DNA of 64,000 nucleotides, taken from assembly GCA_016839555.1 (NCBI GenBank), contig JAEOUA010000012.1, positions 224,001 to 288,000 on the forward strand, written 5' to 3'. Positions 1 through 9,065 of this stretch are shown piece by piece. This DNA is from Promethearchaeota archaeon (lineage in GTDB: Archaea; Asgardarchaeota; Lokiarchaeia; Sigyniarchaeales; SOKP01). Made by a program: the position numbers and the translations under genes. How positions within the stretch are numbered: position 1 is the first letter of the stretch; every line of letters starts with the position of its first letter. A model generated the notes under the pieces. The model was not told the DNA's origin and made no database searches. It saw nothing but the letters and a program-made list of their open reading frames with translations.

Positions 1-3000
1 ATCTAAATAATATTTTTTTGCTACTGTAAATGTTACTGTATATGTTCTCACTTCCAATGCTGTTGTATTTATTCTCTGAGTATAGTATTCTTGGTTCGAA
101 TTATATGAAACTGATCCGCTAAGCGGTCCTACTAAATAAGTGACGGATGATACATCATTTTTTAAATCCTTAAATACAGACCTTGAATAATCGGCTTCAA
201 ATCTAACTGTATAATTTACTGGTTGAGAAGTTTCTATAGAAACACTATAGATTGTATTTTTACTGAAAGCCAATAATTGATCCATTAAGAAATATCCTCC
301 TCCCACACTATCCGCAACGCTGAATTCCTGACCTGCTATTGTAATTTTCATATTTACCTCTGAAGCTTGAAAATACTGGGTTCCATTATTAATATTATCG
401 AAATATAATATGGGTGTTTGCATATCCTGCCAACCAAGGTCATCTGCAATAATTTGAAAACTTTGTGAATAGCTAATATCTAGTATTGTATCTGTTTGTG
501 TAATATTTTCTAAGTTATAATATTCATAGAAATATTGAATATATTTAACACTCATATTTACGTCAAATATTACATTTGGATTATCTGCTTCAACCGAAAA
601 GCTAAATTGATTACTATATGGAAATAAAGTTATATTATCAATAGATAATAGACCCTTTCCAACACCATTATTAGCTACTGAGTAAGTAAATCTATTTGTA
701 GCAGTAAAATTCTGATTTGCTCTGATTACTAAGTTCACATCTTCAGGATTTATATCGCTCCAATCTGTTTTGTCTTTGCAGTTATAAATATTAAAGGTTA
801 TATTTTTAATGGCCCATCCTTCTCCGCTATATGGTATAGAAATAGAATCTGTTATATTAAATTGCGTGTATTGAACATCTATTTGATCCCTTACTAGTTT
901 AGCTTGGGCTGTAACATCTACCGCATTATTAAAAGTTCCATATAGTTTAAAATTAAAAATATTATTTGTTGTAGGACTCTTTTTATTTAGATATTCCTTT
1001 GGAATTATTATATCATGACAATAACCTAAATTATCTCCTATTGGAACATTTAAGCTACTATTAATTTGAGTAAATGTGTGATTGTTTCCCCAGGGATCTT
1101 CAATTATTATATTCGCAAAAAGACTATCAGCCGTCCAATTTATATTATCAATATTAAGTTCTAATTCCGTTAAATTCCAAACATTTGATGCATCAGGGAT
1201 AGAGAATTGAAACTCATTATTATTATTAAAAATATTATCCTCTATCGTTAAAAATTCTTCATATTGGCCGTATGGTTTAATTGACATATTCACATCTTCA
1301 TTCCAATACGTTGTTTGCATGGAATTATCATTCTCAGATTGATTTACCAATAAATCATTTTTTTGAACCGTCAAATAAAAATACTTCGGTGATGGTGATT
1401 GAAATTGAGTTTTTGAAGCAGTTATTGTTATAGTATATGTCCCAATATCCATATCTCGAAGACGTGTATCAATAATGCCATAATAATAACCAATACCCAT
1501 CTCTTCCTCAGGATACAGATTTCCTGAGAAAACCCTTCCCACTCCTATAACCGTGTATTTAATTGAATCTGTAGTATTAGGTCCAACATAGGGATGATTT
1601 ATATCATTATCGTATTTTGTTATATTGAATAAGACTCTGATTTTGAATTGTGCACCTTGTTTAATAGAGGGATATATCGTAGGATTTAAGTCTATTAACT
1701 CCGTTTGGAAGAAAGTTGGATCTACATTGAGAGAAATGTTAAAATTTTCTTGAGTAGCAAAATTAAATGTATAAGACCAATATGTAGCCGAAATAGGAGT
1801 ATTAACTCCAAACTGCTTTATACCTCCAAAATATGCTCGTAAAGTATAGTTTCCATTAGCTCCTACATCGTAAGTAGAGAGTTCCGAGCTAATAAACCAT
1901 CGCAATGTTGCTTGACCTGAAGTGTTTGTAACTAAATCAACGATTGGATTGCCCGTCCCATTCTCTTTAAATTCCAGTTTAACATTACTAACTGTAGCCT
2001 CTATATCATTAAGTTCATGGACCATAAAAACAATTGTTGTCATATTTACTATTACATTATCATAGCGATCGGTTGGATCTGTGAAATTCCCCGTAGCTAA
2101 GACTATTTTACTAGATGGATATTCATAATCGGAATCTTCATAATAGACTGTATAATTATAATTATAATTCGTGGTATCATTAATCCAAATGAAGGTTGCA
2201 TTACCAATAGAATTTATCGAACAGTTTTGAATAAATGGAGATGTTGAATTCCCTACTTCTACCCATGCAGTATCGACCGGTACTCCATCAACATCTTTAA
2301 CGTTCAAAATATGTGTACTCGCATCGCAAATTAAATTAATTTCTGTATATGTTTCGTCAATTGGTATTGTTTCAATTATTATTGGATCTGAAGTTGTATT
2401 TATAATTCTGGTTAGCCCACTGTCAGATGTAATCGATACATTAAAAGTTAAATTTAATGGCATAAATCCTAAATCTTCAAATAGAATACTACCCGTATCA
2501 TTTGTTAGCCCGCTTATTAGATAACTTTCCCCAGCGGTATAATTATAGATTGAGACGTTTGCATTAGGTATTGGATACCCATATAAATCAAATGCATTCA
2601 CCTTTATAGAGGCCAGTCCCGGTTCTGCCTCACCAATAGATACGGTCGGTTCAGTCTCCGAATATTTCCTGCACCAAAGATGCGAACCAGGAATAGGATA
2701 AGTCTTTGAACCCCCTGGTGGGGTCCATCCAAGCTGTGAAACAGCTTGTCCGCCCCATTCATACCACTCATATTTAATAGGAATTATTGATGAAAAAATA
2801 TATGGAGTAGAATAATGCTCGTGTGGGGATTGATCATACCATTTATCCATAATTACTGTATTATTAATCCATAATTTGCTGCCATCGTCAGTATAGATCC
2901 AGAATATATGTCCTCCATCACCATCATTAGCAATCCAGCCCTCCCACCTTATACTTACATAATCTGAGAGATTTTCCCAAGGATTACCATTTAATATGAT

Positions 3001-3636
3001 ATAGTTTCCGCCCCAATTAAAGTTCGGTGCTGTAGAATAGACATCGGTCCCATGAAATGTGTGAAAATAGTCTCTATTAATGTCTCTATAGTAAAAATAC
3101 CTCAACCCTGAATCCATAGTATTATCAATGCTACTTGCCATTTCTGCATCAAGATTTCCAAAATACATATAAATAGTTTCTATTTCGCTTTGAGATATTT
3201 TTGGAATTTTTACCCATATTGTACTTTTTTCACCCGAAACTTCCATATCTTCTATCCAAAAATCAAGCTCTACACCTGAGGAGTTTGCAAAGCGAATATC
3301 TTTTCCAGATTCATCAAGGTATCCCTTTTCATACCATTCTGTAAGGTTGATATCAATTTGAACTTGATAATCAGTTAAATCTACTCCTGATGATATATTT
3401 ATTGGAATTCTGTATCGCCAACTATAATTCCACCATACATCTCCTCCATTTCCTTGGCTTACAGAAATCGGATTATTGTCAGAAAAATTCTGATTGCCCG
3501 TTAATAACTTATTGGATTCTGAGGTATCTCTAAAATCTAATGAAATCATTACCAAAAAGGGAATAAACATTATAACGAAAAGAATCAATGTGGCTATGAT
3601 TTTTTTTTTTCTAATATTTTTAAATAAAGAATTCAT
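1..3636 (-). CDS. Large secreted/cell-surface protein (partial, runs off left edge, >1200 aa): signal/TM segment, DUF2341-like domain with inserted PA14 domain, then beta-rich Ig/carboxypeptidase-regulatory-like repeats
   Basis: Absent from the ORF track (no stop in window). ATG at 3636 reads MNSLFKNIRKKKIIATLILFVIMFIPFLVM...WWNYSWRYRIPINI...DIRFANSSGVELDFWIE...IWVKIP...IYMYFGN (DUF2341 pattern), then SIRWEGWI...FWIYTDDGSKLWINN...KYEWYEWGG (PA14 pattern). The same frame is open at base 1 (...TYTVTFTVAKKYYLD). Confidence 0.85.
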   Translation of the reverse strand, partial: MNSLFKNIRKKKIIATLILFVIMFIPFLVMISLDFRDTSESNKLLTGNQNFSDNNPISVSQGNGGDVWWNYSWRYRIPINISSGVDLTDYQVQIDINLTEWYEKGYLDESGKDIRFANSSGVELDFWIEDMEVSGEKSTIWVKIPKISQSEIETIYMYFGNLDAEMASSIDNTMDSGLRYFYYRDINRDYFHTFHGTDVYSTAPNFNWGGNYIILNGNPWENLSDYVSIRWEGWIANDGDGGHIFWIYTDDGSKLWINNTVIMDKWYDQSPHEHYSTPYIFSSIIPIKYEWYEWGGQAVSQLGWTPPGGSKTYPIPGSHLWCRKYSETEPTVSIGEAEPGLASIKVNAFDLYGYPIPNANVSIYNYTAGESYLISGLTNDTGSILFEDLGFMPLNLTFNVSITSDSGLTRIINTTSDPIIIETIPIDETYTEINLICDASTHILNVKDVDGVPVDTAWVEVGNSTSPFIQNCSINSIGNATFIWINDTTNYNYNYTVYYEDSDYEYPSSKIVLATGNFTDPTDRYDNVIVNMTTIVFMVHELNDIEATVSNVKLEFKENGTGNPIVDLVTNTSGQATLRWFISSELSTYDVGANGNYTLRAYFGGIKQFGVNTPISATYWSYTFNFATQENFNISLNVDPTFFQTELIDLNPTIYPSIKQGAQFKIRVLFNITKYDNDINHPYVGPNTTDSIKYTVIGVGRVFSGNLYPEEEMGIGYYYGIIDTRLRDMDIGTYTITITASKTQFQSPSPKYFYLTVQKNDLLVNQSENDNSMQTTYWNEDVNMSIKPYGQYEEFLTIEDNIFNNNNEFQFSIPDASNVWNLTELELNIDNINWTADSLFANIIIEDPWGNNHTFTQINSSLNVPIGDNLGYCHDIIIPKEYLNKKSPTTNNIFNFKLYGTFNNAVDVTAQAKLVRDQIDVQYTQFNITDSISIPYSGEGWAIKNITFNIYNCKDKTDWSDINPEDVNLVIRANQNFTATNRFTYSVANNGVGKGLLSIDNITLFPYSNQFSFSVEADNPNVIFDVNMSVKYIQYFYEYYNLENITQTDTILDISYSQSFQIIADDLGWQDMQTPILYFDNINNGTQYFQASEVNMKITIAGQEFSVADSVGGGYFLMDQLLAFSKNTIYSVSIETSQPVNYTVRFEADYSRSVFKDLKNDVSSVTYLVGPLSGSVSYNSNQEYYTQRINTTALEVRTYTVTFTVAKKYYLD

Positions 3637-3826
3637 TGTAATTGCCTTTTTCTTTTTTAATTTTTCTAATTATTAATTTTTTCAATTTTTGATAAATAAA
3701 TTTAAAAAAAAAAAACAAAAAAAAAAATTTTACTAAATTTTTGTATAATAAATAAAATATTGAATATAAAAACTTTAACTAATTTGACAAAATAAGCGAT
3801 AATCTATCTCCAAAGTCGAAATTTAT

Positions 3827-4462
3827 TTATTTCATTTTTTCTAATATTAAAAAAATTTTTCGTTTTTTAGGATTATTCGGATTATCTATTACATAACCAC
3901 CATTAAAATCTATTTGTGAATTAATTAGAGCTTTCATTTTATCCATCAATTTGAAATTTTTTGGATAAAAGTGAAAGACAATTTTGCAGTTAAATTTTAA
4001 AATACTATAAAACGATGAAATTAACTCAATAAAATCATTTTCCATCGTTTTATCTGAAATATCTCTATAAATCCATTGTAGAGCAGAGATAGAAATGATT
4101 CCATTAAACATTTCAGGTTTAAATGGAGATCTACACATATCTGCAACAACAGGATTGATATCCTTCATTTCATAATAGTATAAAAATTGAGATATAATAT
4201 CTAAAGCAACTACTTTATAACCCAATTCTTTTATAAAAAATGAAGCAAATCCAGGGCCACATCCGGCATCTAATAATAAAGAAGATTTTTGGTTAATATC
4301 CAATAATTGTAAAGCTCTTATAGTAATTTTAGTTTGAATTCTCTGCATATTTTTGGAGAGTGAATAGTCTTCAATTCTTTCGGCTGTAAAATAATCACTC
4401 ATATTTTTGTAGAGATCTTCTGGTCTTTCCTTTTTTACATCAAATAAGAATTCATCGTTCAT
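3827..4462 (-). CDS. Bud23/WBSCR22-like SSU rRNA m7G methyltransferase (class I SAM-dependent)
   Basis: RPE near N-terminus, IQTKITIRALQLL, LLDAGCGPG, PFKPEMFNGIISISALQW, FHFYPKN and FNGGYVIDNPNNPKKRKIFLIL match yeast Bud23 motifs in the same order. Confidence 0.8.
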   Translation of the reverse strand: MNDEFLFDVKKERPEDLYKNMSDYFTAERIEDYSLSKNMQRIQTKITIRALQLLDINQKSSLLLDAGCGPGFASFFIKELGYKVVALDIISQFLYYYEMKDINPVVADMCRSPFKPEMFNGIISISALQWIYRDISDKTMENDFIELISSFYSILKFNCKIVFHFYPKNFKLMDKMKALINSQIDFNGGYVIDNPNNPKKRKIFLILEKMK

Positions 4463-4594
4463 CCTATTACTATTAAAAATTTAGAATTTTATTGGAATTG
4501 TTTTTAAAATAGATCAAAAATTTTATTATTTTTAATTATTTACTATTAATAAGAGTATAGCATAGAATTTATATATTTAAAGGTATGTATCACT

Positions 4595-4894
4595 GTGTCC
4601 GAAAAAGAAGATAAGGTTTTATTCCGCAAGGATACTCTCAATTTAAGGAGAAAATATGGAAGATCTCAGCGAATAGATGTTATAGAGCGAGATGCTTTTA
4701 TCCCTAAGGGGTTAGAAGAAGAAATTAAAAAGGATATTCTAAATCGAAAAGCCATATTAGCAACGGATATAGCAATTAAATACGATGTGCGAGTCTCTAC
4801 GGTTAAAAAATTATTGGAAAAATATGAGAAAGAAGGAATCATTCAATTACATGATCCATCCTTAAAAATAAATATATATGTCCCTATTTCTTAG
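4595..4894 (+). CDS. rps25e: 30S ribosomal protein eS25 (S25e)
   Basis: Winged helix EEIKKDILNRKAILATDIAIKYDVRVSTVKKLLEKYEKEGII...IY; 99 aa, basic; GTG start. Confidence 0.75.
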   Translation: MSEKEDKVLFRKDTLNLRRKYGRSQRIDVIERDAFIPKGLEEEIKKDILNRKAILATDIAIKYDVRVSTVKKLLEKYEKEGIIQLHDPSLKINIYVPIS

Positions 4895-5009
4895 AACAGC
4901 AATTATTTTTTAATGCAATTCTATAACTTTTAAAAATCTTAAAATGCTTTAAATTAACGGAAACTTATTTTATAACTCATCCAATTTTTTATTATAAAAA
5001 TATTTTAAA

Positions 5010-5091
5010 GCAGATGTAGCCTAGTGGTAAGACGCTGGCCTCGAGAGCCAGTGCGTGAAAGCGCTCGAGGGTTCGAATCCCTCCATCTGCG
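5010..5091 (+). tRNA. tRNA-Ser(CGA), no intron, CCA not encoded
   Basis: Acceptor GCAGATG/CATCTGC, D loop TAGTGGTAA, anticodon stem CTGGC/GCCAG with loop CT-CGA-GA, long variable arm, T arm GAGGG-TTCGAAT-CCCTC, discriminator G. Confidence 0.95.
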
Positions 5092-5148
5092 TTTAAAAAT
5101 TCTTTCAAAAAAAAATTCTTTTATAAATTATTATCTGAAAAAATTTAT

Positions 5149-6084
5149 TTATTGAACTATTTGTGAGATGATAGTTTCCATTTTTGGCTTAGCTGCTTCA
5201 ATTTCATCTAATAACCTAACCGTTTCTTCCAAATTTTCCTCATTTTCTTCAATAATAAAAAGCAAATAAAAATGAAGCATCCCAAAGGTTAAAACCTCAA
5301 TTACGCCCGAAAATCTACTCCCCTCTCTAAATTTATCTGAAAATTCATATAACGAAAGGTTTTCTGATAAGATTCTCTTCTGCAGATGTAAATATCTATC
5401 ATAGATTTTCATTTTTTCATCCAATCGAAGATTAGGTCTCGTATATTCTCCCACCGTAAATCCATTTGAATCATATAAACTAATCAAGACTACATTATAT
5501 TTTTTACTGATTTCATTAAATAATTGAGTTATCATTTCCATTTTATCAAAAAGTAAAGCTAGTCCACTGGAAAAAGCATCCATCACGGATTTTAGATCAT
5601 AAATGCTCGTTTCGAAGAAAAAAAGATCATAATCGGGAGAAAATTTCATCAATGTCTGCCTAAGTGTAAGTGCTTTTTGATTAAGATAATCATTGTTAAT
5701 GAGATCTGGGTCGAATTTATGGAATAATATCGCAACCGGCGGATATTCTCTAATTTCTTTAAAAAAAAGTAGTACTTCTTCTAAATAATCTATTGATTCA
5801 AGGTATCTATCTGGATCTTGAATATCTACTACATAAAAAATTAAGTCTGTACCACCTATATATTTTCCAAGATTATCTAAATACTCTCTTCTATATTCCA
5901 ATTGACCACCAAAATCCATTCTTATGAATTTTATTCCCAAAAATCCAAAAGTATCTCTGCTAACTCTTCGTGTTGGTAAAATTTCTTTTAGTTCTTCTTC
6001 AAATCCGAATTTCTTAGTTATCGCAGTAATAATACTTGTCTTTCCTGCATTATCTAGACCTAAAAAAGCAATTTTTCTCGGCAT
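5149..6084 (-). CDS. Rag/Gtr-like small GTPase with C-terminal roadblock/longin-like domain
   Basis: G1 GLDNAGKT, G2 PT, G3 DFGGQ, G4 FHKFD, G5 FFETSIYD (HKxD and TSI are Rag-type); about 130-aa C-terminal alpha/beta domain. Confidence 0.75.
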   Translation of the reverse strand: MPRKIAFLGLDNAGKTSIITAITKKFGFEEELKEILPTRRVSRDTFGFLGIKFIRMDFGGQLEYRREYLDNLGKYIGGTDLIFYVVDIQDPDRYLESIDYLEEVLLFFKEIREYPPVAILFHKFDPDLINNDYLNQKALTLRQTLMKFSPDYDLFFFETSIYDLKSVMDAFSSGLALLFDKMEMITQLFNEISKKYNVVLISLYDSNGFTVGEYTRPNLRLDEKMKIYDRYLHLQKRILSENLSLYEFSDKFREGSRFSGVIEVLTFGMLHFYLLFIIEENEENLEETVRLLDEIEAAKPKMETIISQIVQ

Positions 6085-6223
6085 TTTTTAATTGGAAATT
6101 ATTAATTAAAATTTATATCTTAAAAAGCAACTCTAACTTTTATATTTATATATACAAATTATTGAGAGATATTTTTTCAGTAAAAAACCATCATTTATAT
6201 TATTAGTTTTTGAGATTTTTAAA

Positions 6224-7453
6224 TTATTTTATAATAATTATTTCTTGATTCTTAAGTGCAGTTGAAATTAAATCTTTAATTTTTAATTGTAAGGAATTAT
6301 ACAATTTTATTACTGTTTCCCATTCAAATTCTTGTTTTTTCGGTTTATACTTGCAATAATCTGAATCATAGAGATTATCTGATATTTTTTTCAGCAATTT
6401 CTTAATTTCATCTAATTCCAACCCAATTAAAGGAGTAAAAAGGGGTAAATTTACATAATTATAACTGGCTGCAATTGTATTTAGATCAATTTCCTCGGGA
6501 CAAAAATTATTATTATTAAAATTTAAACCGTCTGTTATGGCTTTAGACTTTTCAATTCCAGTGATATTTTGGGTATTAAGTAGTTTAGAAATAATTTCAA
6601 ATCGCATTAAGCGACAAATCGCACATAAATATTTTTCTTCTTTTGATAAATCTCTTATTGTATCAAGTATTTCAATAAGATTAATTTTTATTATTGTAAA
6701 TTTTGAAAAAGGAGTATAAGAAAAAACTTTTTTCCAATTTGCAATTCTTTTTTCCCATTCTCTATATTCATCTGTAATTTTAAACAAAACAGGATAAATT
6801 GTACATCCTCTTCTCATCATAAAAAAGGCTGCGAGGATATCATCTAATCTCCCAATTTCCATTACTATTAGTTTTTTATTGCTCTCTATTGGAAGTCCTT
6901 TCCATTTATTTTCAATTATTTCTGTAAAAATATAAGAAAATTGGTTTCTCACTTCTATAAAAATTTTTTTATCTGGATTCCCTAAATCAACCGTTAGATC
7001 TAAATCACTAAATTGATCTAAGATTATTTGCCCAACCTTTACTGCCACATCTTGGGAACTAAACTCATGTTTCCCCGAACGTTTCACTCGTAATGCAAAG
7101 CTGTCACCTTTTTGCAGAATTTTTTCAGCAACTTCTAAAGTTCTTTCCGAAATATTTTTTATTTTATTTGAAGTTCTTAATGCGGGACTTATTGAATAAA
7201 TTCCAAATACTTTCTTTAAAACATCAATTGCATTGGCGATGTCTTTGTTTTCGAAAAAGAAAAATATCCTTGCTGTATCTTTACTTATTTGATATTTGTG
7301 ATATGAAATATTTACTTTCCCTAACATACTTTTTATATTGTCTATTAGGGTATGTATCATTCGAAGCTTAATTTTAGTGGATTTTAACCAAATTTCATCA
7401 GTATAGCGAATAAGAATTAAATTATATATTGTTAAAATTTTATTATGTCCCAT
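6224..7453 (-). CDS. ThiI-like THUMP-domain protein with degenerate PP-loop
   Basis: LIRYTDEIWLKS, KVFGIYSISPA, SFALRVKRSGKHEFSSQD, VDLGNPDKKIFIEVR, GLP, FMMRRG, CAIC, PLFTPLIG; canonical SGGIDS replaced by EIGRLDD. Confidence 0.8.
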   Translation of the reverse strand: MGHNKILTIYNLILIRYTDEIWLKSTKIKLRMIHTLIDNIKSMLGKVNISYHKYQISKDTARIFFFFENKDIANAIDVLKKVFGIYSISPALRTSNKIKNISERTLEVAEKILQKGDSFALRVKRSGKHEFSSQDVAVKVGQIILDQFSDLDLTVDLGNPDKKIFIEVRNQFSYIFTEIIENKWKGLPIESNKKLIVMEIGRLDDILAAFFMMRRGCTIYPVLFKITDEYREWEKRIANWKKVFSYTPFSKFTIIKINLIEILDTIRDLSKEEKYLCAICRLMRFEIISKLLNTQNITGIEKSKAITDGLNFNNNNFCPEEIDLNTIAASYNYVNLPLFTPLIGLELDEIKKLLKKISDNLYDSDYCKYKPKKQEFEWETVIKLYNSLQLKIKDLISTALKNQEIIIIK

Positions 7454-7455
7454 TA

Positions 7456-9051
7456 TTAAGAAAAGATATTTACGTGATAAGATCCAATCAAAATTCTTTC
7501 TTTTTCTCTTAGTTTATTTTCATAGATATTTATTAGTCCGTCTTTATATATAATAATTTCAATTAATTCTTCATCAAAACGTTTTGTTCTAAGATTTCCA
7601 CCATTAGAAATTAATGAATTCTCTACTTTTAAATTAAATGGGACGCTTGGAGTACTATTTAAAATAATATCAATTTGAGAGAGTGCTAATTGAGATAAAA
7701 CATCTCCACTATCAGATAGTTCTGTACGCCAAATGCTTAAAGGGGTTGGAATTAAGCTATGAAAGCACGCAAATCCACAAACCTTTTCCCTACTAAACCG
7801 CAAAACCTTTTCAATTAATAAACGTAGTCGTTTTCTCCCAATATATCCGACTGTAGAATCTTTCGTACTCGAATTTATCCCTTGAAAAAATAGTTTATCA
7901 TTTTTATACGAAGGATCCAAAGGACCAATATATTCTTCCCAATAGTCCCATGCAGGAGGGCTGGAATCAGTTTGCCCTGGGACTACAATATAAGGATGTT
8001 TTAATTTATCTAATTTTTCTTTAGCAGTTATAAATTCAGATTTATAACCGTTTTTTGTTAAATTTCCCGTATGTACAATCAAATCTATGTTATCCTTATT
8101 ATTAATATAATTAATGGTTCTATCAATATTTAGACTATTATTATTGTTTTTATTTGAGATTAAAGTGTTTGAGATTTGAACGATCTTACAAAATGGTACT
8201 TCATTGGCTTCTACTTCTCTCGGCTGATAATAATTAATAGATCTCTCAATATCCTTCATATATTGGGATTCTAATACAGGAAAAATTCTAAAATTTATCT
8301 TATTTCCTTCGATATCAATGACATTATATGTGAATAATTCTCTATATCGTGTTTTATTGCAGGAAAACGTACCAGAATTGAAAATATATAGATCTTTTTC
8401 AGGAGAACCAACATTATATAAATTTGAAATATGGCGATGTCCATTAATCACTAAATCTACATGCGTACCCAATAACATCTGAAGAGTGTCTCCAGAATCG
8501 TCTATTGCGGATCTTTCCTTTCCTGTTTTTGGAATAGGAATTGTTTGATGATGAAAACAGATTATTTTTATTTTTTCGTCTCGATCAGCTTTTTCTAATT
8601 GATTTTTAACTGATCTTAAGGTGCTCTGATGGATAATTCCACTTGCTAAATCGGGTTTGGTACTATCAATACCCACTATATAAAGGTCGTTATCTTCATA
8701 TTCAAAGTGCCTTTCACCAATAATTTCTTCAAACAAGAGGTATCCAACATTTTCAGAATCATGATTACCTATTATATAATAAAGTGGTGCCTCAGAAGCA
8801 GGTTTAAATTTACTCATTTGTTGTAAAGCATGTTCATAATCTAATAATGTTCCTGAATGAGTAAGATCACCAAGATGTAAGTAGCACGTCACATCTTTTA
8901 TTTTATTAATCTTTTCGATACCCACATGGAAAATATCTGAATTAAATACTGCATTATGAGGGGTTATATGAGTATCAGAAAAAATTACTAATCGCTTCCT
9001 TTTATTGGTTCCTTTTGAACCCTTAACAATACTTTCAACCATTTTGTTCAC
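7456..9051 (-). CDS. Tandem calcineurin-like metallophosphoesterase (active N-domain, degenerate C-domain)
   Basis: N-domain SDTH, GDLT, GNHD, HHQ, GHRH; C-domain SNTL, GNLT, GQTD, FHS, no GHxH. Confidence 0.85.
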   Translation of the reverse strand: MNKMVESIVKGSKGTNKRKRLVIFSDTHITPHNAVFNSDIFHVGIEKINKIKDVTCYLHLGDLTHSGTLLDYEHALQQMSKFKPASEAPLYYIIGNHDSENVGYLLFEEIIGERHFEYEDNDLYIVGIDSTKPDLASGIIHQSTLRSVKNQLEKADRDEKIKIICFHHQTIPIPKTGKERSAIDDSGDTLQMLLGTHVDLVINGHRHISNLYNVGSPEKDLYIFNSGTFSCNKTRYRELFTYNVIDIEGNKINFRIFPVLESQYMKDIERSINYYQPREVEANEVPFCKIVQISNTLISNKNNNNSLNIDRTINYINNKDNIDLIVHTGNLTKNGYKSEFITAKEKLDKLKHPYIVVPGQTDSSPPAWDYWEEYIGPLDPSYKNDKLFFQGINSSTKDSTVGYIGRKRLRLLIEKVLRFSREKVCGFACFHSLIPTPLSIWRTELSDSGDVLSQLALSQIDIILNSTPSVPFNLKVENSLISNGGNLRTKRFDEELIEIIIYKDGLINIYENKLREKERILIGSYHVNIFS

Positions 9052-9065
9052 ATTTTCATTTTTTA

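Noticed and set aside
3600-3727. T11 run in the surface-protein signal region and the long A-run upstream as a phase-variation switch
   Set aside because: Homopolymers of 8-11 nt are common throughout this AT-rich window and the frame is intact; no evidence without read data
5010-5091. The long-variable-arm tRNA as tRNA-Sec
   Set aside because: Anticodon is CGA, with a canonical 7/5 acceptor/T stem, so tRNA-Ser
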